Of a DNA stretch of 36,513 nucleotides, positions 8,641 to 18,535 are shown piece by piece (positions within the stretch are counted from its first letter, which is position 1; each line of letters starts with the position of its first letter). The DNA lies in NCBI GenBank assembly GCA_049322255.1, contig JBMORE010000013.1:1-36513 (forward strand). Direction: 5' to 3'. The DNA comes from Myxococcota bacterium (lineage in GTDB: Bacteria > Myxococcota > Myxococcia > Myxococcales > Myxococcaceae). A program made the position numbers and the translations under genes. The notes under the pieces are model-generated. The model searched no databases, was not told where the DNA came from, and saw nothing but the letters and a program-made list of their open reading frames with translations.

Positions 8641-10202
8641 GGTGCTTCGCCGCCGTCGTCGTGCTCTTGGCCGCCTCCGCCTGGGCAGGGGATTCACGCT
8701 GCAAAGGTTCGCTCAAGGAGCGGGCGGCGCGTTTCTCCAAACAGGCGCTGCCCACGCTTTCTGACCCAGACCGGCACGCGCAGTACGTGAAGGCCTGCGC
8801 GCTGGACGAGGTGGTGGCGCTCGCCAGCCGGCTCATCGAATTTCCCACGGTGAGCAGCGAGGCCAGCGCGGAGAAGAGCGAGGCGATTTCGGCGATGGGC
8901 CGCTTCCTCGCCGGCTGGGCGAAAGGGCGCGGCCTTTCCTTCCGGGTGGTGGGAAAGAACGACGTCTTCGAGGTGGGTTGGGGCGAGGGCAAACCGGCGT
9001 TGGGCCTGCTGATGCATGGCGACGTGGTGCCCGCTCCACCCACCGATTGGAAGCGGCCGCCCTTTCGGCCGGTGGTGGAGAACGGGCGGCTCTACGGCCG
9101 CGGCGCCGAGGACGACAAGGGGCCGATCGCCGCCGCGCTGGTGGCGATGGCCTTCGCCCGCGACCTGGGTCTTGTGCCCAAGGGCAAGGTGCTGGTCATC
9201 ATCGGTAACGGCGAGGAGAGCGACTGGGATGGGATGAAGGCCTACGCAGAAAAGGAGCCCAAGCCCACCCACGTCCTCTCGGTCGACTCGAGCTTCCCCA
9301 TCGTGGTCGCCGAGTCAGGTTTCGTCGCCTGGGGGTTGGAGGCCGAGGTGGGGGAACCTTCGCCGGGCGACGAGGGCGTCGCGGTGGCGCAGGAGGCCCT
9401 CGCGGGAGAGTTTCTCACCCAGGTGCCGGGTCGCGCGGAGCTCAAGCTTTCGCCGCGGGGGAAAACGACGCTGGAGGCGCTGGAAGCCCTGGTGAAAAAA
9501 GCCGCCGCCGCGCGCCCGGGCGCCACGGTGGAGGTGAAACGCGAAGGCGCGCTGGTGGTGGTGCGCGCGCAAGGCAGGTCGGTGCACTCCTCGACCGCCG
9601 AACAGGGGCACAACGCGCTGTGGGACCTCGCCGCCGTCTCGGCGCAGCTGCCGCTCGTCAAGAACGGCATCTCGGTCATGCTGGGAGTGGTGGCGCGCCG
9701 CTTCGACCAAGACCACTGGGGAGAGCGGCTGGGGCTGGCGTACGCCGATGCGCTGATGGGCAAGCTGCTCGTCGCCCCGACCCTCTTGCGGGTGAAGGAC
9801 GGGAAGGTCACCTTGGAGGTCAACATGCGCCGCCCACGGGGGAAGGACACCGCCGCCTTCACCGCCAGCCTCGAGGCCGCTGGCAAGTCCATCGTTGCCG
9901 AGACGAACGGGAGGGTGCGCCCGAGCGAGAAGCCCTACGTCGGAGAGCCGCACGTCGCCGATACCTCCGGGCCGCTCGTCTCCACCTTGAAGGCCATCTA
10001 CCGCCGGCACCGGCCGAACGAAGAGCCCAAGCTCCTCTCCATTCGTGGAGGGACGTATGCCCGCCTCTTTCCCGGCGCAGTCGACTTCGGTCCCTCGCTG
10101 CCGGGCGAGCCCTACACCGGCCACAGCCACGACGAGTGGATTGGCCTGGGCAACTTGGAGCTGCTCACTCGGATGCTCGCCGAGGTGGTGACCCAAAGGT
10201 AG
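8637..10202 (+). CDS. Secreted M20-family metallopeptidase (PepV/Sapep-like dipeptidase)
   Basis: Signal peptide MRCFAAVVVLLAASAWA; HGDVVP, GRGAEDDKGP, GEES, GGTYAR, HSHDE motifs; ATGA overlap with the ROK gene. Confidence 0.88.
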   Translation: MRCFAAVVVLLAASAWAGDSRCKGSLKERAARFSKQALPTLSDPDRHAQYVKACALDEVVALASRLIEFPTVSSEASAEKSEAISAMGRFLAGWAKGRGLSFRVVGKNDVFEVGWGEGKPALGLLMHGDVVPAPPTDWKRPPFRPVVENGRLYGRGAEDDKGPIAAALVAMAFARDLGLVPKGKVLVIIGNGEESDWDGMKAYAEKEPKPTHVLSVDSSFPIVVAESGFVAWGLEAEVGEPSPGDEGVAVAQEALAGEFLTQVPGRAELKLSPRGKTTLEALEALVKKAAAARPGATVEVKREGALVVVRAQGRSVHSSTAEQGHNALWDLAAVSAQLPLVKNGISVMLGVVARRFDQDHWGERLGLAYADALMGKLLVAPTLLRVKDGKVTLEVNMRRPRGKDTAAFTASLEAAGKSIVAETNGRVRPSEKPYVGEPHVADTSGPLVSTLKAIYRRHRPNEEPKLLSIRGGTYARLFPGAVDFGPSLPGEPYTGHSHDEWIGLGNLELLTRMLAEVVTQR

Positions 10203-10221
10203 AAGCGCCCGTGGTGCGCGC

Positions 10222-11481
10222 TCATTGCACACGCAGCTGTCGAGGCGGAGCGGGGGCGAGGCTCGGCGGGCTGGGGTCATTCTGGTAGCGGTAGGCCCAG
10301 GTTTCGAAGCCGCTCGGGCTTCCGCCGGTTCCGCCGCCTCCCACGTCTTGGATGCGAAGAAAGAAGGCGACGTTGTTGGCGCGGTCGTAGCCGAACACAC
10401 TCCACCGAGCCAACCAGGAGCTCGTGCTGGTGGGACGAATCGATGGCACCGGAAGCAGGGTAAACGTACCGGAGCGCACCCCTCCGACGTTGCTGGTCTT
10501 CAACGCCCACACCCGCACGGCCCCGTTGTTGGCCTCGGCAATCAACATCACCTGGTTCAAGGAGTCGTAGGTGAAGGAGTTGATGTCGCTCGCCATCCCA
10601 GAGGGCTTGGTGAGCGGGGTCCACACCTTGGCGGCGGCGTCATAGAGAAAGAAGGCGCTCTCGCCGGAAACGATGTTCCGTAGATGGACGAGGTGCAACT
10701 TCGAGGAGGCGTCGTAGTTGCCGTAGATTTGCAGGTAGCCGGAGAAGGGCGGGCTGGCGAAGGCGCTGTAGTTGCTCCAGGTGCCGCTGGCACCGTTCTC
10801 GTTGAGCTCGAAGACCCCGGGGTTGGAGACGGTCACCATGGCAAAGAGCTTTTGCAGGTCGGGGTCGTAGGTGAGGTACATCGTCGCATGGTCGGGGCCG
10901 TGCACGGCGCTCCCGTTCGCCGACAGGCGCTGCCACGCACGCGTCGACGGAAGGAAGGCGAAGAGCCCGTTGTTCGACAAGCCCTGCCCGCGCAGTAACA
11001 GGAAGCGATCGGAGCGCGGGTCGTAGGTCATGGTTTGGTACGTGTGCTCCGGCCAAGGTCGGCCCATCGGCGAGAGCGAGCCGCTCGCGTCCCCGTTTTC
11101 AATCTGGCAAGGATCAGGGCTGGTCGCTCCCTGGCAGTACGCAGGCAACGGCTCGGGCGTGTACTGCTGAGTCCAAACGTTCGCCCCCATGTCGTAGAGC
11201 TCGACGTCATTCGCCGAGTAGCTGGCGTGACCGCCGCCGAAATAGAAAATCTTGCCGCCCCCGAACACCGCGCCGCTGTAGGAACGCTGGGCCGGGCTCG
11301 TGCTCGACACCTGGGTCGTCGTGGTGAAGCTCGAGGAAACGTACCGAGAGGTGACCGAGGGCGACAGCTTGACCCAGGTGTTGTCGGCGAGGTTCGCCAA
11401 GGCGGGGTTGACGGAGGATTGCGCCCATGTAGGACAGGCCACCGTCAGGACCGCGACCAGGGCACCATATTTGGCTCTCAT
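10222..11481 (-). CDS. Secreted protein, probable Kelch-like beta-propeller
   Basis: Signal peptide (…TWA|Q); FYFGGGHASY..NDVELYD, repeated YD-x5-W blades; Ser/Thr/Gly rich. Confidence 0.65.
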   Translation of the reverse strand: MRAKYGALVAVLTVACPTWAQSSVNPALANLADNTWVKLSPSVTSRYVSSSFTTTTQVSSTSPAQRSYSGAVFGGGKIFYFGGGHASYSANDVELYDMGANVWTQQYTPEPLPAYCQGATSPDPCQIENGDASGSLSPMGRPWPEHTYQTMTYDPRSDRFLLLRGQGLSNNGLFAFLPSTRAWQRLSANGSAVHGPDHATMYLTYDPDLQKLFAMVTVSNPGVFELNENGASGTWSNYSAFASPPFSGYLQIYGNYDASSKLHLVHLRNIVSGESAFFLYDAAAKVWTPLTKPSGMASDINSFTYDSLNQVMLIAEANNGAVRVWALKTSNVGGVRSGTFTLLPVPSIRPTSTSSWLARWSVFGYDRANNVAFFLRIQDVGGGGTGGSPSGFETWAYRYQNDPSPPSLAPAPPRQLRVQ

Positions 11482-11548
11482 CGAGGAGGATTATTTCACA
11501 GGTCCAGGAACGAAGGTGTCTGGGGTTGGATACCGCTCCGCCTTCCTT

Positions 11549-12763
11549 CTAGGGCACGCGGTAACGGCCGGCCTCGACGTCTTCGCAGTGCTTGCCGTGT
11601 ACCATCACCGCGTGCTCCCCGCTCGGGAGCGCCGGGATGATGCCCGTGTAGCGCGTGCCGTCGGTACTGGGCCCAGCTTGTTGCAGCGCCTTGCCACCGA
11701 CCACGACCTCCAGCACCGAGGTGAGGCTGGTGCCGGTGAGGAGGAGTTGGGTGCTGCCGTCGGCCGGGCCGCTCGATGGCTGCAGCTCCGTCACCACGGG
11801 TGGCGGGAGCGCTTCGTCGCAGACGAACATCGGCCAACGCTCCCAGGTCTGGCCGCCACGGGTGTCGCGCACCACGGCATAGAGCTCGCCGGTGCGACGC
11901 TCCGGGATGGGGTCGTTCTCTGCCCCGGGGCCGGTGAATTCCTCCACTTCTTCCGAGCGCAAGGCGATGCGCGGCGCCGAGAAGCGGCCCGCCGTGGAAT
12001 ACCAGGCGGCGATGAGTCGTTCGTCGCGTTGCTCGCTGCCTTCGGGGAGGAGCTGCTCGTAAGACTCGAACGCCTCGTTCGGGGCCTCGAGCGTCAGGGA
12101 GAGCTTCTCCTCCGGCCTGACCCGCACCGTCGCTCCTTGGAAAGGCTCCTTTCCGTTGATCTGGAGTGCGCGCAAGGTGGGGTTGGTGTTGGGCTCTTCG
12201 CCCTCGAAGATACGGATGCGGAAGAGGGTGACCACCGAAGCCACCTCCTTGCTGCGCACCCGCGCGAAGAGCGCCTCCAGCTCGGGTGGAGTCGCCGCGT
12301 AAGAGACCTCCTCTCCGACGGCGATCGCCAGCACCTGTCCCACCACTCCCACCTTTCGTCTTCGGTCGTCGGCCGGGAGCTGGGCGAAGAGGTCGGGCGC
12401 CACCGCGTACGCCGCCTGGTCGTTGAGGCCAATCACCTTCATCCCCGCGGGCAATTGCCGCTCGCCTCCTTGCGGCGCGGAGATTGCCGAAGGGTTGGAC
12501 AGCTGCGAGGTGTCGGAGCAGGCGCTGCGGCCGAGGTTGAAGGGGTCTGGCTCGCAGCCCACCCACAAGACGGTGCTTCGCTTGCCGGGGCGCGAGGGGT
12601 CGACCACCAGCGCCGACAGCTGCGCCACCTCTCCGGGACGCAGCTCGGCCGGCTGCGCGCGCACCCCCAACACGCGCAGGCCCTCTACCAAGGTCTCGGG
12701 CGCAAAGCTCTCCCCGCACCCCAAGAGGAGAAACACGGCCAAAATCCCTCTCCCTGGCGCCAT
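11549..12763 (-). CDS. Lipoprotein with C-terminal IPT/TIG-like domain, associated with the TonB-dependent receptor
   Basis: Lipobox LLLGC; LRVLGVRAQPAE, VVRDTRGG motifs; PVVTELQPSSGPADGSTQLLLTGTSL resembles IPT/TIG; abuts the receptor stop. Confidence 0.7.
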   Translation of the reverse strand: MAPGRGILAVFLLLGCGESFAPETLVEGLRVLGVRAQPAELRPGEVAQLSALVVDPSRPGKRSTVLWVGCEPDPFNLGRSACSDTSQLSNPSAISAPQGGERQLPAGMKVIGLNDQAAYAVAPDLFAQLPADDRRRKVGVVGQVLAIAVGEEVSYAATPPELEALFARVRSKEVASVVTLFRIRIFEGEEPNTNPTLRALQINGKEPFQGATVRVRPEEKLSLTLEAPNEAFESYEQLLPEGSEQRDERLIAAWYSTAGRFSAPRIALRSEEVEEFTGPGAENDPIPERRTGELYAVVRDTRGGQTWERWPMFVCDEALPPPVVTELQPSSGPADGSTQLLLTGTSLTSVLEVVVGGKALQQAGPSTDGTRYTGIIPALPSGEHAVMVHGKHCEDVEAGRYRVP

Positions 12764-15448
12764 CTAAAATTCCCCCCGCACGCCCAGCGACGGAAGAATC
12801 GGCAGCCCGTAGAGGAACTGCTCGCGGGTGTAGTCGAAGTTGTAGCTCACCGCTTCCACGTTCCCCCGGTTGGTCACGTTCTGCACGTCGAGGTAAACGG
12901 CGAGCATGTGCTTGTCGAAGACGAAACGCTTGTCCAGCCGCACGTCGGCCTGAAAGAACGCGGGCAGACGGCGGCTGAACAGCTCTCCGGGCAGCGGGTA
13001 GTAGTAGTTGCCGTTGGCGTCATAGATGGCGCCCACGTACGGCGTGTTGAGCGCGCCCGAGGCGTAGCGCAGGCGCACCCCGGCGATGAAGTCCAGCGGC
13101 AGCTTGTAGCTGGCCACGGCGATGAGGTTGTGCGGTTGGTCGAGCGGGTGCAGACCCCACTTCCCGTCGAGCGTGTAGTAACGCTCGCTCTTGGAGAGGC
13201 TGTAGGAAATCCACCCGAAGAAGTTGCGGGTCAGCTGGTGCCGCAAGAGAAGCTCCACCCCGTAGCTGCGGCCCACTCCGTCGCTGGTGTAGCGCACGTC
13301 CACGGTGTCGGCGTCGGCCTCGCTGCCCGCCGCGGGCGCCAGCGTGGGGTTCGACTGATGGAAGAGGTCCTTGTAGTAACCCTGCACATCGAGGCTGAGC
13401 GCGTCGGTGAAGCGGTGCTCCACCCCCACCGAGTAATGTGACGCCGCCTCGGGCAAGAGGTCGGGGTTACCGAACTTCGGCGAGAGCAGGCCCTGCCGGT
13501 AGTCGGGCGGCTGGTGAAAAAGCCCCGCCGCCGCCTTGAGGGTGGTGCCTTCGCGCACGTCGAGGAACACCGCCCCGCGCGGGTCCACCCAGCCGTCCTT
13601 CATGTACGTCTCGTAGTCGGCGCGCAGCCCCGCCACTACCTTGAGCTGCGGCCACGGCTTCCACACCGCCTCGGCGAACACCGCTGGCTCGAGGGTCGCG
13701 GTGGAGCCGGTTTCCTTAACGAGCTGGCGCGAGGCGAAGGGGTCGGGAATCTGGTTGAGCTTGAAGCGCGGCGGGCTTTGGGCGTCGTAGAAGATGGGAA
13801 GCAAATAGACGTCCGCCCCGGCGACCAGCGACAGGTGGAGCGTGGGCAGCTCGATGTCCAGCGACTCGCGGGACATCACCGGCGTGGTGGTGGAGCGGAA
13901 GAAGATGTCGGTACCGCCGCCGAACTCGAAGCGGTCGTAGCCCACCACGTTGGAGGAGGAGAGGCGCAGGTTCTCCCCGAGCGGCGTTTCGAAGTGGACC
14001 GCCAGGCGGTTGTACATGAGCAGCGTCTGGAAGGTGCCGCGGCCCTCGGGGTCGTACGCCGGGTTGGGGAGCACGAAGGCCAGCTCGTCGTTGGAGCCGA
14101 AGAAGGAGACGGAGAAACGGCTCTTGCTCCCCTTGGGCCGCCGCTCGAGCTTGAGCTGGTAGTCGTAGTACCGGGGCGCGACGGTGAAGGCGAGGAGGTC
14201 GGCCTTTGGCACGAACGTCTTCACCACGAAGGGCAAGGTGACGTCGATGTAGCTTCGCCGCGCGCTGGCGGAGAAGGACCAGTCGTCGCTGAGAGGTCCC
14301 TCCAAAAGCCCCGAGGCGTCGATGAGGTTCACGTCCGCGTAGCCGTGGAACCCGTCCTTGGCGAGCGGGCGCGTCTTGCCGCTCACCAGCCCGCCGATGT
14401 TGCGGCCGTACTCGGCGCTGAAGTTGCCCGGGTGGAAGGTGATGTCCTCGAGCAAGTTGGAGTTGAACGTCGCGTACAGCCCGCCGAAGTGGAACAGGAG
14501 CGGAATGAAGGCCTCGTCCACGTAGGTGCGCGTGTCCCACGGTTTGCCCCCCCGCACCACCAACAGCCCCAGCGAGAACGGCGCCCGCGAAACCCCCGGC
14601 AGGTTTTGCACCACCTTGAAGGCGTCGCCCTGGGTGCCGGGGATGAGGCGAATCTCCTCCTGCTTGAGCGAAATCTGCGCGACCTCTTTGCGCTCCCGCG
14701 GAGCCCGCACCACGGTTTCGTACACGCCGTACACCTGGCGGCGCACGTGGTAGGTCGCCTCGGTGCGCGCGCCCGTGTGGATTTCCTCCGAAACCTCGTA
14801 GCGTGCGTGCTCCGGCGAGGTGACCACCACGGTGTGCTTGCCCACCGGCACGTCGGTGAAAGAGAAGCGCCCCGTTTCATCGGAATGGGTCGTTTGCTCG
14901 CCCACCGCCACCGTGGCCCCTACCAGGGGCCGCCGGGTGCCACGCTCGAGCAAGAGCCCGCTGAAGTTCACCACTCCGGACTCGACAGGCGTCTCCACCG
15001 CCTGGGGCTGGAAGAAGAACTCGTAGGCGTAGTGAATGCGCACCGGCGCCGGCGCGCCATCGACCTCGGCGGGAGAGAACTCGAACTGCTTCACCGCCTC
15101 GAGCGCGGCCTGGTCGAAGCTCGCCCCGGCGCTCTTCACCACCCGGGCGTCCATCACTTTCCCGTCGGGGCCGATGTCGATTTCCATCTCCACCACCCCG
15201 CCCACACCGGCGTCGAGCGCGTCGAGAGGAAAGACAGCCGCGACCTGCTTGAGCAAGGCAGGAGGTTTGGTGAGGACGCCAGCATCGCCGACGTCGGCGA
15301 GGCCACCGTCCACCAGGGTTTGCGCCCACCCGGGAGCGCCGAAGACCATGAGGAGCGCCGCCCAGCGCGCGCTGCGCCACGTCGGAAGCTGTCGTCGGAA
15401 AGCCACGTCGGGGAGGGGAGTGGATAGCGTCGAACCCGTTTTGTCCAT
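12764..15448 (-). CDS. TonB-dependent receptor with N-terminal TonB-C and carboxypeptidase-regulatory-like domains
   Basis: TonB-C motif (FDQAALEAVKQFEFSPA), plug (IPGTQGDAFKVVQNLPGV), barrel ending in RGEF; exact start uncertain. Confidence 0.88.
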   Translation of the reverse strand: MDKTGSTLSTPLPDVAFRRQLPTWRSARWAALLMVFGAPGWAQTLVDGGLADVGDAGVLTKPPALLKQVAAVFPLDALDAGVGGVVEMEIDIGPDGKVMDARVVKSAGASFDQAALEAVKQFEFSPAEVDGAPAPVRIHYAYEFFFQPQAVETPVESGVVNFSGLLLERGTRRPLVGATVAVGEQTTHSDETGRFSFTDVPVGKHTVVVTSPEHARYEVSEEIHTGARTEATYHVRRQVYGVYETVVRAPRERKEVAQISLKQEEIRLIPGTQGDAFKVVQNLPGVSRAPFSLGLLVVRGGKPWDTRTYVDEAFIPLLFHFGGLYATFNSNLLEDITFHPGNFSAEYGRNIGGLVSGKTRPLAKDGFHGYADVNLIDASGLLEGPLSDDWSFSASARRSYIDVTLPFVVKTFVPKADLLAFTVAPRYYDYQLKLERRPKGSKSRFSVSFFGSNDELAFVLPNPAYDPEGRGTFQTLLMYNRLAVHFETPLGENLRLSSSNVVGYDRFEFGGGTDIFFRSTTTPVMSRESLDIELPTLHLSLVAGADVYLLPIFYDAQSPPRFKLNQIPDPFASRQLVKETGSTATLEPAVFAEAVWKPWPQLKVVAGLRADYETYMKDGWVDPRGAVFLDVREGTTLKAAAGLFHQPPDYRQGLLSPKFGNPDLLPEAASHYSVGVEHRFTDALSLDVQGYYKDLFHQSNPTLAPAAGSEADADTVDVRYTSDGVGRSYGVELLLRHQLTRNFFGWISYSLSKSERYYTLDGKWGLHPLDQPHNLIAVASYKLPLDFIAGVRLRYASGALNTPYVGAIYDANGNYYYPLPGELFSRRLPAFFQADVRLDKRFVFDKHMLAVYLDVQNVTNRGNVEAVSYNFDYTREQFLYGLPILPSLGVRGEF

Positions 15449-15564
15449 AGTGGCTCCGCGGGGCTTTGTCGCCTCGTTTGTCTGAAGGAGCGAGGTGGGT
15501 TAGAGAGCCCGCCCGTGGCCGAAGCGCAGGGACCGGACTGGTTGGCCGCGAGGGGTTCAAACCG

Positions 15565-16587
15565 ATGAAAACGTTGCGTTGGATGATGTCGGGTTTCGTG
15601 CTCGGGCTGCTCATCGCCGTCGCGCCCGCGTGTGGCTCGTCCACGGGCAACTGCAACGCGGCCAACTGTCAGAACGGGTGCTGCGACAGCACCGGGCGCT
15701 GTCAGCTGGGGAGCATCAACTCCGCCTGCGGCAGCAGCGGGCGCGCCTGCACCGTGTGCCAGGCCAACCAGGTGTGCCAGTTGGGGTTCTGTACCTTCAC
15801 TGGTGGTGGCGGAGGCGGAGGGGGTGGAGGGGGTGGCGGGAACGACGGCGGGGTGTGCAACGCGGCATCCTGTGCGGCCGGATGCTGCTCCGCGGGTCAG
15901 TGCGTGCCCGAGAGCAACCTCACCTGCGGCATCAACGGCGTCGCGTGCGTGACGTGCGCTGGTACGGAGGTCTGCCAGAACGGCCAGTGCACTGGAAGCT
16001 CTGGCAACTGCAGCGCGAGCACCTGCACCGGCTGCTGCAGCGGCAACACCTGCATCCAGATCGGCCTGCAGAACAACTCCCAGTGCGGCAGCGGAGGCAA
16101 CGCATGCACGGCGTGCTCAGGCACTCTGAGCTGCAGCAACGGTTCCTGCCAGACGCCGACCGCGTGCCAGACGCTCAATTTCACTCCGGTGGCCCAGGCC
16201 GGAGCATACGACTCCCAAACCGATCTCACTTTCGGGCAGCTTCTAACGACCGCTACCCCTCCAGGGGACCTCCTCGCTCTCAGTGCTTTGCACAACGGCG
16301 GGACGCTTCAGCTTCCGGCCACCCGAAACCTGACGGGAAGCACGTTCGCCACCTGCCAGGTCTGCGTTCTTTACGGGCAGGGTTGTGATTCCAATGGGTG
16401 CACGAGGATTTTCCTGGGGACGTCGGGGTCGGCGACCGTCACCACCGCCAGCCGCTCCACGCCGGGCCAAATCTCCGGCTCCGTCAGCAACGTTCGCTTC
16501 GAGGAGTGGGACGCCCCGAGCGACACGAAAGTGAGCGGAGGACAGTGCTTCACGCTGGCCTCCCAGAGCTTCAACATCAGCTTCTGA
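15565..16587 (+). CDS. Cys-rich repeat secreted/lipoprotein (myxobacterial type)
   Basis: Leader MKTLRW...IAVAPAC; three repeats of C-x3-C-x2/3-GCC...CG..G.AC..C; poly-Gly linker; GAGGGG RBS. Confidence 0.8.
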   Translation: MKTLRWMMSGFVLGLLIAVAPACGSSTGNCNAANCQNGCCDSTGRCQLGSINSACGSSGRACTVCQANQVCQLGFCTFTGGGGGGGGGGGGGNDGGVCNAASCAAGCCSAGQCVPESNLTCGINGVACVTCAGTEVCQNGQCTGSSGNCSASTCTGCCSGNTCIQIGLQNNSQCGSGGNACTACSGTLSCSNGSCQTPTACQTLNFTPVAQAGAYDSQTDLTFGQLLTTATPPGDLLALSALHNGGTLQLPATRNLTGSTFATCQVCVLYGQGCDSNGCTRIFLGTSGSATVTTASRSTPGQISGSVSNVRFEEWDAPSDTKVSGGQCFTLASQSFNISF

Positions 16588-16611
16588 GGCGAGACCCCAG
16601 GGTCCCCGGCT

Positions 16612-17379
16612 TCAGTCGAGGAAGAATCGGTACGTATAGGTGATGGTGGTCGACACCTTCTCGCCGGCCTTGATCGCCGGGCTGAACTTGAACTGGCGAA
16701 TCGCCTTCAGCGCCGCCTCGTTCAGCCCGTAGCCGGGGCCGTTGAGCACCTTGGCGTCCACCACCCTCCCCTCGAGGTCGATGGTCAAAGAGAGAATCAC
16801 CGCTCCCTCGATGCCTGCGCGCTGCGCCTCCTCGGGGTAGGGCACCTTCACCTCGTGCACCACCGAGGGCACCGAGTCGATCTGGTGCACCGGTGCGTAC
16901 TTGGGCGCCGAATACGCTTTCACCTCTTCGGGCGCGACGGCCGTCTTCTCCGTCTTCCCGTACACGGTGTTGCCCACCGGGGCTGCGAAGGAACCGCCGG
17001 TGGTGGTGGAGGACATCGAAATGCCCACCACCAAGGGCACGGGCTTGGGAGGCTCCTCCGCCGCAGCCTCGTTGGGGGGCGGGGGCGCGTCTTCGGGGGG
17101 CGGAGTCTCTTCCACTTCCGCCACTCGTACCGGCGGCGGTTTCACCACTTTTTTGGGCGGCTCCGCTTCTTTGGGAGGAGGCTCCGGCTCGGGCGGCTTG
17201 GGAGGCTCGACTTCCACCACCACCAGCTCCACCGGCTTGCTGAGCTCTCCCGCGCGCATCGGCTTGGCGCTGAGCAAGGCGAGGATGATTCCATGCGCCA
17301 CCATCGACGCCACCAGCGCGCCCGAAAGAAAAGCCGCGCTTCGATCTCGGCCGGGCGGTCTCAACGTGGCCTCGTTCAT
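16612..17379 (-). CDS. tonB: Energy transducer TonB
   Basis: N-terminal TM with SxxxH (SMVAH), Pro/Glu-rich linker, C-terminal YPEEA...GIEG...LNEAALKAIRQFKFSPA. Confidence 0.88.
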   Translation of the reverse strand: MNEATLRPPGRDRSAAFLSGALVASMVAHGIILALLSAKPMRAGELSKPVELVVVEVEPPKPPEPEPPPKEAEPPKKVVKPPPVRVAEVEETPPPEDAPPPPNEAAAEEPPKPVPLVVGISMSSTTTGGSFAAPVGNTVYGKTEKTAVAPEEVKAYSAPKYAPVHQIDSVPSVVHEVKVPYPEEAQRAGIEGAVILSLTIDLEGRVVDAKVLNGPGYGLNEAALKAIRQFKFSPAIKAGEKVSTTITYTYRFFLD

Positions 17380-17420
17380 GCTCGATAGGCTCGGACCCCG
17401 GCCACCATACCGCGGTTCCT

Positions 17421-17852
17421 TCAGGGCGTCGCCGGAGGGGCGGGGGCGGCGTCCTTCTGAATGTTGAGCGCGAACTTGGCGATGCCTTCCCCCTTCACCA
17501 CGTCGATGAGGTGCATCACCCGGCCGTAGTTCAACGCCTGATCCGCGCTGATCACCGCGCGCGTCTGGGGGTCCTTCTGGAGCGACTCGGAAACCTTACG
17601 GCGCAGCTCCTCCTCTTCCACCGGGGCGCCGTCGAAATAAATCTTCGCATCCTTGTCGATCACCACGTTCACCAGCCCTTGCACCGTCTCGCCGCCGTGG
17701 GCAGCGCGCGGCAGGTCGACCTCCACCGTCTCACGCACGATGAAGCTCGCGGTGACCATGAAGATGATGAGCAGCACCAGCACGATGTCCACCAGCGGGG
17801 TGACGTTGATGCCGGTGATTTCCTCGTCGGAGTCCTGCGTGCCGGCGGCCAT
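17421..17852 (-). CDS. exbD: Biopolymer transport protein ExbD/TolR
   Basis: INVTPLVDIVLVLLIIFMVTA and ISADQALNYGRVMHLID; TGATG coupling to exbB. Confidence 0.9.
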   Translation of the reverse strand: MAAGTQDSDEEITGINVTPLVDIVLVLLIIFMVTASFIVRETVEVDLPRAAHGGETVQGLVNVVIDKDAKIYFDGAPVEEEELRRKVSESLQKDPQTRAVISADQALNYGRVMHLIDVVKGEGIAKFALNIQKDAAPAPPATP

Positions 17853-18535
17853 CAGCGCACCTCGCGGATCGCCGCCGGTGCCCCCCGGGGCCCGTTCTCG
17901 GCCCGCAGGTGTCCGACCAGCGCGTGTCCCAGCGCGGTGGTGCGCGCGGTGATGGTCTTCAAGGAGCGGGTGAAGAGGTTGTAGGCGATGACCGCGGGAA
18001 TGGCGACCGCCAGCCCCACCGCAGTGGCCACCAGCGCCTCGGAAATGCCGGCCATCACCGTCTGTTGCACGGCTGCTCCCTTGGCGTTCACCTGCCCCAG
18101 GTCGTGGAAGGCTTTGATGATGCCCAAGACCGTTCCGAACAGGCCGATGAAAGGAGCGTTGCTCCCCAGCGTGCCCAGGTACGACAGGAAACGCTCGTAC
18201 CGCGGCCGCTCGCGTGCGACGGTGGCGGCGATGACTTGCTCCACGGTGTCGGCGCCCTGTGCGACCGAGGCGATGCCATCGCGCAGCACTGCCGCTTCCA
18301 TACCCTCGCGGTCGGCCACTGATTGCCTCACCGCCTCGAGCTCGCCCTTGGCCAGCCGTACCGCCAATTCCTCGGGGTTGGGCAGCCGGCGCAGCGAGAA
18401 ATAGATGAACCTTTCGAGCATCACCGCGATCGAGCCCACGGAGAGCACCACGAGCAGCCACAGCACCCATTCGGCGCTGGAGAGCGTCACCGCGAGCAGC
18501 TTCGTGGTCAGCCAGCCTTGGTGCTCATTGGTCAT
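17852..18535 (-). CDS. exbB: MotA/TolQ/ExbB proton channel
   Basis: LGTLGSNAPFIGLFGTVLGII and GISEALVATAVGLAVAIPAVIAYN. Confidence 0.92.
   Translation of the reverse strand: MTNEHQGWLTTKLLAVTLSSAEWVLWLLVVLSVGSIAVMLERFIYFSLRRLPNPEELAVRLAKGELEAVRQSVADREGMEAAVLRDGIASVAQGADTVEQVIAATVARERPRYERFLSYLGTLGSNAPFIGLFGTVLGIIKAFHDLGQVNAKGAAVQQTVMAGISEALVATAVGLAVAIPAVIAYNLFTRSLKTITARTTALGHALVGHLRAENGPRGAPAAIREVR

Noticed and set aside
12746..12754. CCCTCTCCC resembling the repeat core
   Set aside because: No complementary GGGAGAGGG half or GGGTGAGGG tail; a chance match.
11300..15427. Long plus-strand ORFs (713 aa and 637 aa) and similar long shadow ORFs elsewhere (62-1162, 4358-5989, 29158-30777, 32062-34257)
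   Set aside because: They lie antisense to or out of frame with well-supported genes, have no motifs, and are expected from stop-codon scarcity in high-GC DNA.
15802..15840. G-rich GGN runs (also about 32437-32467) as microsatellite or contingency loci
   Set aside because: Mixed Gly codons encode ordinary poly-Gly linkers and are not a pure repeat tract.
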